This document shows, in pieces, positions 24,694 through 39,445 of a stretch of DNA of 51,546 bases; positions within the stretch are counted from its first letter, which is position 1, and every line of letters begins with the position of its first letter. A program made the translations under genes and the position numbers. Origin of the DNA: Octopus sinensis (lineage: Eukaryota); NCBI RefSeq assembly GCF_006345805.1, contig NW_021834184.1, positions 1-51,546 on the forward strand, given 5' to 3'. The notes beneath the pieces are model-generated. The model saw only the letters and a program-made list of their open reading frames with translations. It was not told the origin of the DNA and made no database searches.

Positions 24694-24827
24694 TTACTTC
24701 CTCAAACGTTTCTTGTAAAATGTATTTCGACAGACAATTATCAAAAATAATAGTAAACCAGTCAGTGCGCATGCTCCACCACCATAGTAAACTGCCAGAA
24801 ATGAATTTGTAGTGTCGAAAATCAGTC
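24694..24827 (-). CDS. SLC16 coding exon 8 ([17 protein letters not shown]...KKRLRK*)
   Basis: Acceptor TTTAATTTCAG|GA; TAA at 24696-24694; possible AATAAA at 24071-24066. Confidence 0.92.
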
Positions 24828-27800
24828 CTGAAATTAAAAAAAAAACTTCATTTGTTAAATTGTAAATTATTTTATATTTCATTTTCAAAAAATTGATGTT
24901 AGTCTATCTCATCAAATCTTTCAAATATTAATTGGAAAAATCCTAATTACTCTTTATTTAAACTGTTTATATCTTCTCTGTTAATTACAATACGCAAAAA
25001 ATAATTCTAATTAAAACATTGAATTTTAAGTTAAATTACTTTGCGCTTCCATAGAAAGATTTTCCCCTCGTCTTCATTGGTGAAGACAGCGTTTTGTGGA
25101 AAAAGACCATTGAATATAACTGGTACTGATGTCTTGCAGAACTCACAGGTAAGTGATCCAGGTTGATGTTTATCTTTTAAAATCTGTTTTTGCTTGTTTC
25201 TGTTATTAGACTACGGCCAAGCTGGGGCACCGCATTGAAGAGTTTTTAGCCGAACAAATTGATCCCAGTGCTTCCTGGTTTTTCAAAGCTGGTAGTTGTT
25301 CTATCAATCCATTTTGCCGAACCGCTAGGTAACGAGGACGTAAACAAACCAACAGCAATTGTCAAGTGGGGGTGGGAAATAAACATAAACGCGCGCGCGC
25401 ACACATGTATAACGGGCTTCTTGCAGGTTCCGTCTACCAAATACATTCTCAAAGCTTTGGTCGGTCAGAGGCTTTAGCAGAAGAGATTTGCCCAAAGTGC
25501 CACGCAGTGAGACAGATCGAAACCGTGTTGTTGGGAGCCAATTTCTTAAGCCTCACCTGAACAGAGAAAATATATCGGTCTACCTTTTGAACTAACTCCA
25601 GGGGGAAATATGTTACCTCAGGTAAATGGTATTGTTGTCGATGTAATGTTGGCAATTCTAAAAATTTTAACCGATACTTACTCTAGTGTCTGTGGAATAA
25701 TATGTTTGCTACGTTCTGAGTTCAAATTCCGCCGAGGTCGACTTAGCCTTTCATCCTTTCTGGGGCGCGATAAATTAAGTACCAGTTATGTACTGGGGGT
25801 CGACCTAATCGACTGCCCCTCCCTCCCCCAAAATTTAGGGCCTTGTGCCTAGAATAGAAAAGAATAGGTTTGCTACGTCAATCATCTTAGTTTGATTTGA
25901 TGGACCCCCGAGCCGATCTGGCTTTTAATTTATTGATCCCTGTTTGGCGAACGGTAAAGTTGATTACTTTCAAATTTTGCTACAAGGCCAGAAATTTCGG
26001 GGAAAGGGCTAAGTCTATTAGATTGACCCAAATGCTACTTATTTTACCAATCCCGAAAGGGTGAAAGGTAAAGTCGACCTCAGCAGAATTTGAAGTCAGA
26101 ACGTGAAGTCGGACGAAATGCCGAAATGCCTTTTGTCCGTTCTGCTAGCACGCTGTCCTAGATGACTTTAATAAAATTAATGACACTAATGAATTAAACT
26201 AAAAGTTGGTTCAAATATGTAGAAAAATATTCATAATTTCCGATATACATAACTGAGGCAGTGTTAAACGAAAATAGCAACTTATGTGTCATAATGTATA
26301 TACATTGTTGCTAGGCCATTTACTGTAGTGTTTGTCCTGGGATAACATCGTTTATAGACTTGTATTAAAAACAGTAAATATCAGAGTGAGCCGAAAATCT
26401 GTCCCAGCAGCTGCCAACGAGGGTACCAAATGCATTCAGTTTTTTTTTAGGCCTTTTCCATGGGGCGTACTCGCAGTCAGCCCCAAGACTGGACGGGGCA
26501 CCATTGTCCCCGATACAGAAGAATGGGAACAAACTAATAGCCTTTATGGTTTTAACGCAGAACTTCCAGAAGCAAGTTATCTCGGGACAAATAGAGCAGT
26601 AACTGGCCTATCAGTGTATGTACACAGATGGCTTTCTTTGAAAACGAACAAATCTATAAATAGTAATTTGTAATGTAAGTCAGCCTTGGATGGAAAAAAG
26701 AAAAAGTGGACTGATATCGTGGAAACCCGAAGACAGATGTGCTGCCAAAATAACTGCCTTCTTTTCAATTGCACCAAAGTAGCTGCCTTCTTTTCTTCCA
26801 TCGAATTAGAAGCTTTAATGTTATAAAGATAAAGCAGGTTTACATTCAGATAAACGCAATCGGTAGAATGCCTATCAGGGTTAAAGAAAATGCGTGGTTC
26901 GTGTCTTGCGAGTGGCTAAATTTTTTTTTTCATCCATGCGTTTTTATTCCTCTATACCCTAAGCTAACATTATAGCTGCATTCACTTCGAGATACACCGT
27001 TAAATAACTTATATTCATATTACTCGATACTCCTACATCTATCTTATAAATGCAAACTGACTTATAATTTACTTCTCAGAAAAAATATTTTCTAATATTC
27101 TTTATTCGTACAGTATGAAAAACATGATTGCTGTCTAAGGCCATATTTAGTCGGTTCGGTTCTATTACTTCTTAATTTACCAAAATCAATAAACTTACCA
27201 AAGAGAGGAGGAGCAGCAAAATATGAAATTCCATTGATGAAACTTAGAATGCTGTAAGCTTTTGTCGCGTGTTCTAAACCCGATATTTCCGTGGTGAGGA
27301 TCAGTCGGAGGGACACCGAAAACCCTGCAATGAACAAAGAATCTCTCCGTAATAATCACTCGGTTATACTTGCGTCCATTGAATGCGCTGTAACTTTGTA
27401 ATGTAATGCGACACTCGTATTAACAGCAACAACATCAACAACAACAACATCAACTTTTGCGATATTAATGACGGTATTAACAATAGCTCCTTTGCTAGTG
27501 TATCAAATCAAAGAGAGGTTCTAGATAAGAGTCTAATTCAGCCAAAGAAATAAGCATGACTGATGTGCGTTACAAAAATGTGTACCTCCTTGCCTGAGGG
27601 ATTTATTCAAGTACGGACGAAGAGTATTTCCAGATGTGTTTGAAAGAACAAAGGAAGCTCTAGACCAAAGGTTCTCAACGGGGTCCATATGACCCCTTCC
27701 GGGAGGTGGCGGAATTTGGAGCTCGAGGAGGGTGTTTTGGAGCAAAGGGGGTGGGTGGGTTATTAAAAGACTTGGGATACTGGGAGATCCTCAACTTTGG

Positions 27801-28276
27801 TAAGTCTAATTTGAAATTAACGAGTAGTAGCCATATCTTCACATCTCTGCGACATTCAGTTTTAAAAACAAAAACTATACCTTTTAGTTTCAAATTTTCA
27901 AAAACTTAAAAACACACTTTTTCCACTTTGGCGACGCCATGCAAATTCCTGGTACCATGTGTAACTGGTGTCACCAAAGTGAAACCCCCCAAACAAAAAA
28001 TTAAAACTAAAAAAAAAACAGACGACTAAAAGTAAAAAAAGAAATGAATAAAAGCGAAAAGCTGAATGTGTGTGTTTGTGTGCAACTATATAAAGAACGG
28101 TGGTCAGAATTTTGGATGAAGCTGGATTTTGAGAGTAGCTGATACGTATGTATTTGTGTATGAGTGTGTGTATATGTTTGGGTATGTTTTCATGTATATG
28201 TTTGCGGTGTGTTGCCGTTTTGAATTCCTTTCTGCGATTGAACTTAAATTGACTCCTGGTTAATAAAAGCCCAATC

Positions 28277-28308
<32 letters not shown>

Positions 28309-30467
28309 GCAGTTGTTTTAGGTTTTGTATCCATTTGAACCGCGGCTATACACCAGATAACGTGGTAAATCTCATGTTCCGAAATTTAAATTTTGAATTT
28401 GTTTTAATCATAAAATTACATCCCAGCTAAAAATAACATCTTTTGGCTTTGGAAAACGGAACCATTTCTTTCTGTTTCTGCATTTTTTGTTAAGTTAGAA
28501 TTTCTCTGTTTTGGTCAGGATTTTCCAATTTCTTTTTCCTTGTATCAAGCAATAAACGGAAGCATTCAAAAAAATTAAATACATAGAGAGCCGACAAAAT
28601 CAAAAATATCAATTTTAATCGTAATGATGGAGAGCAGTACACATTCACCCCCTTTCCTTAATACTAACAGGAGCATAGCATGAGGGAGATTTGGCTGTTA
28701 TTTCTAGCAAATTGAACAATCACACAGAGAATACCTCATTGACTCATTTGTTGATGTGTATAAGTAAATAAAAACCAAAGGAAAACAAACACTAGCAAAC
28801 ACACACACGCGCGCACACATGAATGTATGTATACATAATCCACAGCTTGGCTCAATCTTAAGTTCTTGCCGAAGTGTCTAAATATATTATGCGGATGTAT
28901 GTATACATAATTTATGTGGGATCTTGTCCGTTTCACTCACAAAATCTGCATTTTTAAAAGGAAGTAAAAATTTATGTGTTACTAGCAGTATCGCTCGGCG
29001 TTGCTCGGGTTTGTAAGGGAAATAACTATATAAGCATTTTTAGAGAGTTATAGCCAAAAAGTAGCAAAAAAATGCATTAAAAATGGAAAAAAAATGATGG
29101 TAAAGTTTTTTTTAAATCGTTGACTCATCATAGACATTTTTAGAGAGTTACTTCCCTTATATAATAGCAAAAAAATGCATTAAAATGGAAAAAAATGATG
29201 GTAAGTTTTTTTTAAAATCGTAGACTCATCGTAGACGCGCGCTAATACCCAGAAAGGCACGATATGAATCACGACTACAAGATACCCGGTTTTGGTTAAA
29301 CTGCACCGCAAAATGTGGGAGTAGTTAGGAATCTAAATCGTAGGAGACAGACACACAACCTTACTTTTATATATAAAGATATAGCATTTGAGTTGGATGT
29401 TAAAGTATAAATTTCACAGGGTACAACCTTAAAGCTGACATCGCTAAATTGACGCCGCTACAACGCAGATAATTTCCGTCTCATTATTGGCTAAAAATAG
29501 GCAGTTTGTTTTTGAATTTTTAAACATCTGTAACTTTTGCGTCAAATTTTTTCTCCAGAAGTTCATGGCTTCACAAGAATAAGCATGGAAAACTACATCA
29601 ATATAACGAATTTTCAGATTTTTTACTTCCTTTTAAAAAATGCAGATTTTGTGAATGTAACAAACTAGGTCTGTAAATCTCATGGTGAACCAACTTCCAG
29701 GTCATTGGTGCCATCCCAGTTAACACACTTTCATATTCTAGTTGAGTTTACTGACCTGTGTTGAGTTTCTGTGAGAACCCCCTTTCGGTGAATACATAAA
29801 TAAAGAATAATAAAAGCCGATCCCTCAAACCTACCATTTGCGAGTCCAAACAGGCAAATCACAGGAGTGATGTATTCGAACTTGTCACAGTGCGGCACCA
29901 TTATCACACAGATTGTGAGTACCAGCATGGAGAAGATGTACATCTTGTTGCTACTAATATGAAATATGTCGACTAATACTCCGAGTATCACATTACCAAG
30001 TGTTGTTAATAACCCTAGAAGTGACATTAAAATCGCAGCTTGCTTTTCGCTCATTCCAAACGTCCAAACGCACAGGGGTGGTATATATGTGTACGTTGTC
30101 ATGGTAACTGAAATATAATAAAGAAACATATGTACACACATATACACACGTATATACGCACATAGATAAAAGAAAAACAAAACATTAAAAATACATACAT
30201 ACATACATACATACATACATACATACATACATACATACATACATACATCAGTTCACTTCAGTTCAATTTTCTATAGCAAGTGGATTATATGTGGGAAATC
30301 AGTATATTGGCTTTGGAATAATCTTCATTAGCCCTTGGTTATAAGTTGTTTATAATTTTAACCGTAAAGGTATTTTTTAATATGCTGCCACATTTCTTGA
30401 TGGAATTCTTTTCTGTGGAGAAAAAAACTTCATCCTATATTATTATTAGTATATATTATTATTATTA

Positions 30468-30527
<60 letters not shown>

Positions 30528-31243
30528 CGTTAATATCGGACAGAGAGAACGAATGCTCAATACACAACAAGCATAGTTTAGAAATGAATTTGACTGCTTT
30601 GTGCGAGTCTTTGAATGCAAACACAAATATAACCGAAAATTGCAAGAACCAAGGCTTAGACCTGTTGGATGAAGGGGTGGGCACTATTGATCCCGAAGGT
30701 TACAGATGATTCTTAGTCTAAGACAACTGAATTCAACCCTTACCTTTATGACAGGAAATAACATTTAGCATGTTATCAGGTAACTCGATTTTCTTTACTT
30801 CTTTCTAGCGAAGGGCTCAGATGCAAAACTCAATAATTGGCCCTCAGTCGGTTATGACTAGCGTTCCAGCAGATCCTATTAACGGAACAGCCAGTTCGTG
30901 GAATTAAAGTGCAAGTGGTTGGGCACTCCACAGACACGTGTATCCTTGAGGGTAATACAATTTCGCACTTCTTGAAAAATGCATCTTTTTGTAAAATTTT
31001 TTTCGGATTCCTACGTTTTACATGTCGGAGATTATGAATATCCCCCCCCCCAAAAAAAAAATTATCCCCCCCAACCACTGCCACCACTCCCCAGCCCCTT
31101 AAAAGTTTGAACTTTTTCGAAAATTATTTTTCCTATGTTTTAGATGACGGAGATTCCGGATATGCAAGAAACCCCGTTTGAAACTTTTAAATTCAATAAG
31201 CATATAGATAGATAAATAAATAGATAGATAGATAGATAAATAA

Positions 31244-31307
<64 letters not shown>

Positions 31308-33623
31308 AGAGATAGATAGATATGAATGTCTTCCTGGGGCTAAAAACAACAGTAACACCGTCTTTTATACGACCACCACATTTAGTTGACAAATATATAT
31401 TTTATGAATAAACGGACAGGAATAAATAGATAGACAGATAAATAAATAAATGGATGAAAAAGTTCAAAATTTAAAATTGGGGGAGGGTGTGAAATTTGAG
31501 CCCCTTATAAACTTTACAATATTAATTTTTAAACATTAATGTTTGTTTCTCATAAAATGGTGTATAATTAATTTACATTAAATTATTATTTATGATTATT
31601 TAAGGCAAACAAGAAAAACGCAAATTCTTTTCACCTTAATGTTTTTGTCAGTATTTAATTTCGATTTGCATATATTCGTTAATTCGATACGATCTCTTTA
31701 AAGTAAAGGAAATCAATAATTTAAATGGGGAGGGGGAAGAGGTGGAGGGGGGATGAAATTAAAAAAAAAAATGCACATTTGTAATTTCCGACATCTAAAA
31801 CACAGGAATCCGAAAGATTTTTTCAAAAACATGCATTTTTCAAGGAGAGGTGCGAAACTGCGTTAGCCCCGAACCCTTAACGTAGTTATCAGGGAGATTC
31901 TGCGTGACGAGGAACGTGACATGGCTACCCTTGAAAAACAGGTACAACTTATTTTTTCCCGCTGAGTGGACTGGAGTAACGCGAAATAAAGCGTCTGATT
32001 CGACAACACAAGGCGCCGTCGGGAATAGAACTCACGGCCTTACGATCACGAGCCGGATACCCCAAAGCGCTATGTCATTCCTTCACTTAAAATTCAACGC
32101 ACAATTCACGATTCCACTTGCGTACGTTTTCTGTACCCTACCAGCTCAAGGAATATATCATGTCGATATATTCTGTACTCGAGGAGGGCGGCGATCTGGC
32201 AGAAACGTTAGCACGCCGGGCGAAATGCGTAGCCGTATTTCGTCTGCCGTTACGTTCTGAGTTCAAATTCCGCCGAGGTTGACTTTGCCTTTCATCCTTT
32301 CGGGGTCGATAAATTAAGTACCAGTTAAGCACTGGAGTCGATATAATCGACTTAATCCGTTTGTCTATTCTTGTTTGTCCCCTCTATGTTTAGCCCCTTG
32401 TGGGTAGTAAATAAATAGATATATTCTGTACTCAATTTTTCTCCTACCCGACTTAAAACCACATTCGGGTAGATTTTGTTTATAAGTTGGGTAATCAATC
32501 TGTTCATATTTACTGGCAACAGAAAGAAGAGAAATGCGGCGATGGTTATCACAGATTACCTCGTTGCGGTCAGTTGTTTGTAAAGATATTTGATAGAAGC
32601 AACTTTAAAGACCAAACGAATATACTCATTAGGGGGAATTACAACCGTGTTTCGTGGTCTGTTACCCCAACAGCTCCTTTATAGGATCCAGTTAGCTCAA
32701 GACATCAGGAGGAACCACGTCCGGTTTCGGTCCCTACTCCTCTACCGTTTTGACGTGGCGCTCCCCCCCTTTTCGGAGGTGTCTTCAGCTCCGGTGTTGG
32801 GTGAATGTCTTTTTGCTTCTTTCTTCTGTTCCCTGGCCTCTTCGATGTAGCGTCAACGAGTGTTTCCCTTTAAATACCTGCCGCTAGGCTCCAGCAGGCA
32901 GCCCCAGCAAGTTGTCACATGACACTGTCTCAACTTTAACTGACCAATGAAGGCGCGTAGGAATATACTCATTGCTCTACATTCGAGAAAACAGTTCCAC
33001 GACTTTAGAAATACAATATCCTGTTACCATACATCGAGAAGTATATCACCGTGACCCGGAGACTTTCCCGACACCATTCGTTCCGCCGCCGTCTGAACTA
33101 CATTAAATTTAGGTTTATCAGCAAACTGTACCATTTCTGACTTTTACAGAGTCAATGGAACAATGCCTTCGTCAACTGACAAATCAGGAGCCAAACTGAA
33201 TGAGAATTTCTACAATCTTTGTAAAATCTCTTTTTTTCTTCTATTTGTAGTTTTGTACCATCACTACTCAAGTCAAGCCACGAATCAGGAATCTGTGTCC
33301 TATAACCGCTTCCAAGACCATAATAGAAAACCTTAATGTTTGTCCTATGTTCTACACACTTAGTCTCAATCACTTGTTCAGTAAAAAGTACAACCTTCTC
33401 TAATTACCTTCTTTTTTTTAAAAGTGATTTTCGATGCTAATGAAGTCCTTGTGACGGCTTCATTTGGTGATGCTGCGTTAATGTGAAATGTTTCTTCCAT
33501 GTTGATAAAGTCTTTGATCTCACAATAAGCTTTAAAAAAAAAAATGAAAGTAATTCACCAACTCAAGAAGCAAATTCTGAGATAAGGGGCGGCCAACTCA
33601 TTGAAACACGCGGACTAAAAATA

Positions 33624-33678
<55 letters not shown>

Positions 33679-33718
33679 TATATATATACACATATATATA
33701 TACACACACACGCGCACA

Positions 33719-33749
<31 letters not shown>

Positions 33750-34055
33750 CATAACACACACACACATATATATATATATACACTTATATATACCATATAT
33801 ATATACCATATATATATATATATATTATATATATATATATGGTATATATTTATATATATATATATAATGTAAGAATTTATCGTGTCTCCATGGCATGAAA
33901 CTATTAATAGTTCATGTTAAATACTTTAAATGATATTTATTTCTCACTGGATGGAATACACTTTTGTTGATTGTACCTAAAATGGAACTGTAAGCTATCT
34001 ATCTATCTATCTATCTATCTGTTTATCTATCACCCTTCTATCTATCTATCTATTA

Positions 34056-34125
<70 letters not shown>

Positions 34126-34143
34126 TAATCTATCTATCTATTA

Positions 34144-34177
<34 letters not shown>

Positions 34178-34235
34178 TAATCTATCTATCTATTAATCTA
34201 TCTATCTATATATCTATTAATCTATCTATCTATTA

Positions 34236-34317
<82 letters not shown>

Positions 34318-36112
34318 TAATCTATTTATTTTTCTCCGTGTCTACCGAGAATGGGCGGAGGTGGCACCGCGGTGCTTATCCGGAAGAGTCTGGATCTCAA
34401 AGTAAGAGCAAATTTCCTAGACCCGGAGGGTAGGCTGGTCGTTTTGGATGTCGATGGCAGCAATGAGTGTGCTTTTCGACTGATAGCAGTTTATGCTCCG
34501 TCCTTAACAGGCCGACCAGATTTCTTTCGACGTCTAGAGTCTTTCATGGGAACGTCTCGTCCTTTACTTTTAGTGGGGGATTGGAATGCCACCCTGGACA
34601 CGCATCTAGACTACGTGGGCAGAGATAGCAATAGAAGGGGATGCAAATGCCTCAAAGACCTGCTCAGACGTTTCCAACTGTCTGACAGGTACCGACTGGA
34701 CCACCCGAATGTGCCAATGTGGACATGGAGTAACCGCATCGGGTCGTCCAGATCATACTTAGATAGAGTATTCTGTAGGACAATAGATAAAAATAGTGTA
34801 GGTTGTCCACAATTTCATATAGTCAGTTACACAGATCACAAGTTTGTGACTTGTACACTTGACTTAGATAAGACACATAGGCAGGGTCCTGGTTACTGGA
34901 AACTGAACGCGTCTTTTACAGCACGACAGGTTTACAGGGACCGGATCAGCACATTAGTTAAGAGAGCTTTGACGGGTACCATCATCAACAACAGATGGTG
35001 GTATGCCCTAAAAAAAGCGATTAAAGCAGAATCAGTCAGATACAGTAGAGCCCTAGCATTAGACCGAAATAGAATAGAGGGAGAATTAGTTAAGGTTTTA
35101 GAAGAGGCACTTAGAACTGGCATCGCGTCCAACGTACTGGCGGCGAGATTGGCCCTCGACCAACACCTCAACGCCAAACACGAGGGATGCGTTGTCAGAG
35201 CTAGGATGCGTGCTCTGAGGAACGAAGGAGTTGGAGCCGCCCAAGAGGCCCGAGTGGTGGAGACGCAACGAGGCAACAGAGCCACCATCAAGTCTCTTAT
35301 AGATGAACAGGGGCGCGAATTGCTCGAGCCTAAAAGGATGTGTGGGGTTTTTCAACAACACTTCACCCAACTGTTTGGGACAAGTGGTGAGTCAGAAAGC
35401 AGAGTGGACTTTAGTGCCTACCTGCATGCCTTGCCACGACTCTCAGCAAGGGAGGTGGAGTCTTGTGAAAAGCCTATCACAGCTGCGGATGTACAGGATG
35501 CGATGGTAGGCTGCGCGAGAGACAAGTCACCAGGCTTGGATGGTCTGCCCTACGAATTTTATTTTCATATGCCAGACTTGTTTGGAGGCGTCTTGGCAGC
35601 TGTCTACTGCAACTGGCAGCAGAACGAGAGTATTCCTGCTTTTGTAAAGCGAGGAGCAGTGGCACTGATCAAGAAAGACCCAAACAAGGGGGACGTCATA
35701 GATAATTTCAGGCCCATCACTCTGCTCAACGCAGATTTGAAAATTTTGGCCAAGGTGTTAGCCGAGAGGTTGGCGCTTGTCATCAAGAAACTAATCGACA
35801 AGGCGCAAACATGCGCCGTGTCGGGTAGAAGTATTCATGACAACCTCCATCTGATGCGCTACATCATAGACAGGGTAGTTAAAAATCCTGGCATGGGTGG
35901 GGCGCTGATCAATTTGGATCAATCAAAAGCCTTCGATAGGGTAGACCATCACTACTTGGAGGCTGTCCTCAAAGCGGCTGGTTTCGGTCCAGTTTTCCGC
36001 GGTTGGATCGCTGCCTTATACAGCGGCATCCGCTCAGTAGTTCGCGTAAATGGTCATCTATCCAGACCTTTTAACATCATGCGTTCGGTTCTATCCATCT
36101 ATCATCCATCTG

Positions 36113-36198
<86 letters not shown>

Positions 36199-38838
36199 CA
36201 TCCATCTATCTATCTACCTACGAATTTTACTATTGTATGCCAGACTTGTTTGGAGACGTCTTGGCAGCGGTATACTGCAACTGGCAGCAAAACGGGAGCA
36301 TACCCGGTTTTGTGAGTCAAGGAGCTGTAACTCTGCTGAAGAAAGATCCAAACAAGGGAAACATTATAGATAACTTTAGGCCAATCACTCTGCTCAATGC
36401 AGACCTGAAAATTTTGACAAAGGTGTTAGCCAAGAGGTTGGCGCTTGTCATGGAGAAACTGGTCGACAACGCACAAACGTGCGCCGTGCCGGGCCGGAGC
36501 ATCCATGACAACCTCCATCTGATGCGCTACATCATAGACAGGGTAGTTAACGAACCTGGCATGGGTGGGGCCCTGATCAACTTGGATCAATCGAAAGCCT
36601 TTGATAGGGTAGACCATCGATACTTGGAGGCAGTCCTGAGAGCGGCTGGTTTCGGTCCCGTCTTCCGCGGCTGGATAGCTGCCTTGTACAGGGGCATCCG
36701 TTCGGTAATTCGCGTAAATGGACATCTATCGAGACCCTTCGACATTGCACGTTCGGTCCGTCAGGGATGCCTCCTCTCGGCGCTTCTATACGTATTGACT
36801 CTTGAGCCACTACTGCGGAAGCTGGCGACTCTGAGGGGCATCCCGCGAGAATTAGGATGCGGGACGAGCGTGTCTGCATACGCGGACGACGTCACCGTCA
36901 TAGTGTCAAGCCACGAGCACATCGAGCGGGTCGGCGAGACACTGAAAGACTACGAAGCGGTGACAGGAGCAAAAATCAACCGGGAAAAGTCAGTGGGCTT
37001 GCGGCTCGGCACCTGGAGAAGCAAGCCCATGCCGTCCACCAGTACCTTCGTCGTGGGACGCTGGACAGACGGCCCGGTTGAGTTGCTCGGGGTCTGGTTC
37101 GGTCCGGACCTCCAAATGGAGAAGAACTGGAACGAGATAACGAGTAGGGTGGTCACTCTCGCCCAGCAATGGGCCGAGAGGAAACTGTCCCTAAAAGGTC
37201 GGGCGGAGGTGGTGAACGCGTACATCGCGTCCATCATCTACTACCGCCTGACCGTCGTACCTTGTCCCGACCCTACCATCACCAAACTAGAACGCATCCT
37301 CTTCCGCTTCTTGTGGAAAGGATGCGTCCCGATGGTCAGGCGATCCATTTGCTGTCAACACCCGTTAAAAGGAGGGCTGGGCATGCCGTGGTTGATGATG
37401 CGCAGACACGCGCTGAAACTGCGACATCTCCGGCTCTATGTAGACGACGGTGAACAGGTGTGGTCGCCGTTTGTGAGGCACGCATTCCCGCAACTCGTCT
37501 CCATGACCGAATTACAGTCGTGGATCAAAAAGAGGCCGAAGAAGGGCGAATGGCACCGCGAGTGTCGCGTTGCTCTCAAGCAACTCTGCCGTCCCGGGTC
37601 GACTTTGAGTGACTTCAACACAACCAAAGCATTCTATAGGGGATTAGTGGAGGGGAGGTACGACGACGAGCTCGGGGCAAACATGGGCGTCGACGAGGAA
37701 TACCTGACCCGCCTGTTTCAAACAACTTTCGGCCCGGGACCTATGGACAACTTCCAGAGATCCCTGGCCTGGCGGTGCTACCGAGAAGCGCTACCCGTTC
37801 GGGATAAGCTCTATAGGCATGGCTCGAGAAACACGGGGCCGACCTGCCCGAGATGCGGGCAGAGCGACGAAACCGCTCTGCACGCAATCGTGCAGTGTCC
37901 AGCAATTTCCCACCTGTGGGCTTATGTCGAACGACTGCTGTCACGTGTGGGACGTGTCGGTTTATCAGCCGAGTCTATCGTTAATATCGTCACGCCTCCT
38001 TCCTTCAAACGGGAAGGAAGAGCTATTTTTATCATACTTGTGGCTATGGCGAAAGAATGTATCTGGTGGACGCGTCTGAAAGGATTAGAGACAAACACTT
38101 TCCTCTCTGGTCAATCTCTCATCAACTTCTTCAAGTATCGCTTGAAGAAAAAAGTGAGAGTAGAGAGGCAAGTTTTGTCTAGTGAATGTTTTAAAAAAAG
38201 ATGGGTGAATGTAGCAAGGATGGCACGTATGAATGACGAAGCCACCTTGACTATGATTCTATGAACCGTAAAAATTAATACAGAGAGTTGCTTATTTGCA
38301 AAAAAAAAAAAGAAATATAACATGTGACTTCATTGACCGAGGTTACCGTGGTCTTTTCCGTAGGCTTTTCTTTCCACGGGTAAACCTCACCTGTCCTCCC
38401 CTTTACACTTCATATTGACATTTCTGTGATAACGATCCCTATTGATCAATTTTTTCCTCTCCCCCTTTTTTTTAACCCCCCCCTTTTTTTGTCCTCTTTC
38501 TCTCCTTTTACGATCCCTTTTGATCGACCCCCCCTTTTTTATTTTATTTGTTATTTTATTATTATTATTATTTTTTTTTTTAACCTTCAAAAGAAAAGCT
38601 CTACCTTGTAATTTGTTCTATCTGTGTGCAGCCCTGTGTGGCTAATAAAAGAAACATATCTATCTATCTATCTATCTATCCATCTCTGTCCTATCTATCC
38701 CTATCCATCTATCCATCCATCCATCCATCATACCATCCATCCATATCATCCCATCCATCCTATCATCTATATCTATCCTAATCCATCCATCCATCCATCC
38801 ATCTATCTATCTCTTATCTATCTATCTATCTATCTATA

Positions 38839-38870
<32 letters not shown>

Positions 38871-39394
38871 ATCATCATCATCCATATCTATCTATATATC
38901 TATCTAATCTATCTATCTATCTATCTATATCTATCTCTATCCTATCTCTATGTGCTTGTTTTCATTGTGTGCATTACTGGTAGGCTTCCATACCAGTAAT
39001 TGCTCAACCTAGACATACAGATATTTTAATTAGCAATGTTGTAGCTACTCACACACCCAAAAAGTGTAGGACATCGTCAGTAACACAAAATTTATATTTC
39101 TAAAATGTTCAACACCAATTATAGTCGAACATAGTTTCAGGATGGAATTTCTGTCGACTTTCTGGGTCTTCACAATCGACACATCATTAATGAAGTTATC
39201 TGCTGCTGCAACTGGAAGACTCCCCTAAAATTAACAGAGGTTGTTTCAGATTAATTTTATGCATTGGGGGTTCTTTTTTTTTAATAAGGATCTCTCCATT
39301 TTGTGTTAACGTTGGTTCATGGTTTATTTTAGAATTTCATGTCTGTATAACTATATAAATATCGTGTGGGTAAATATTTGATAACATTGTGACT

Positions 39395-39445
<51 letters not shown>

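Noticed and set aside
33152-33529. Minus-strand exon-like segments in SLC16 intron 5
   Set aside because: Inclusion would split TM7 or break phase, and the 499-aa model is complete without them.
34932-38079. Alternative-frame and antisense ORFs over the LINE
   Set aside because: They are by-products of the GC-richer LINE coding sequence.
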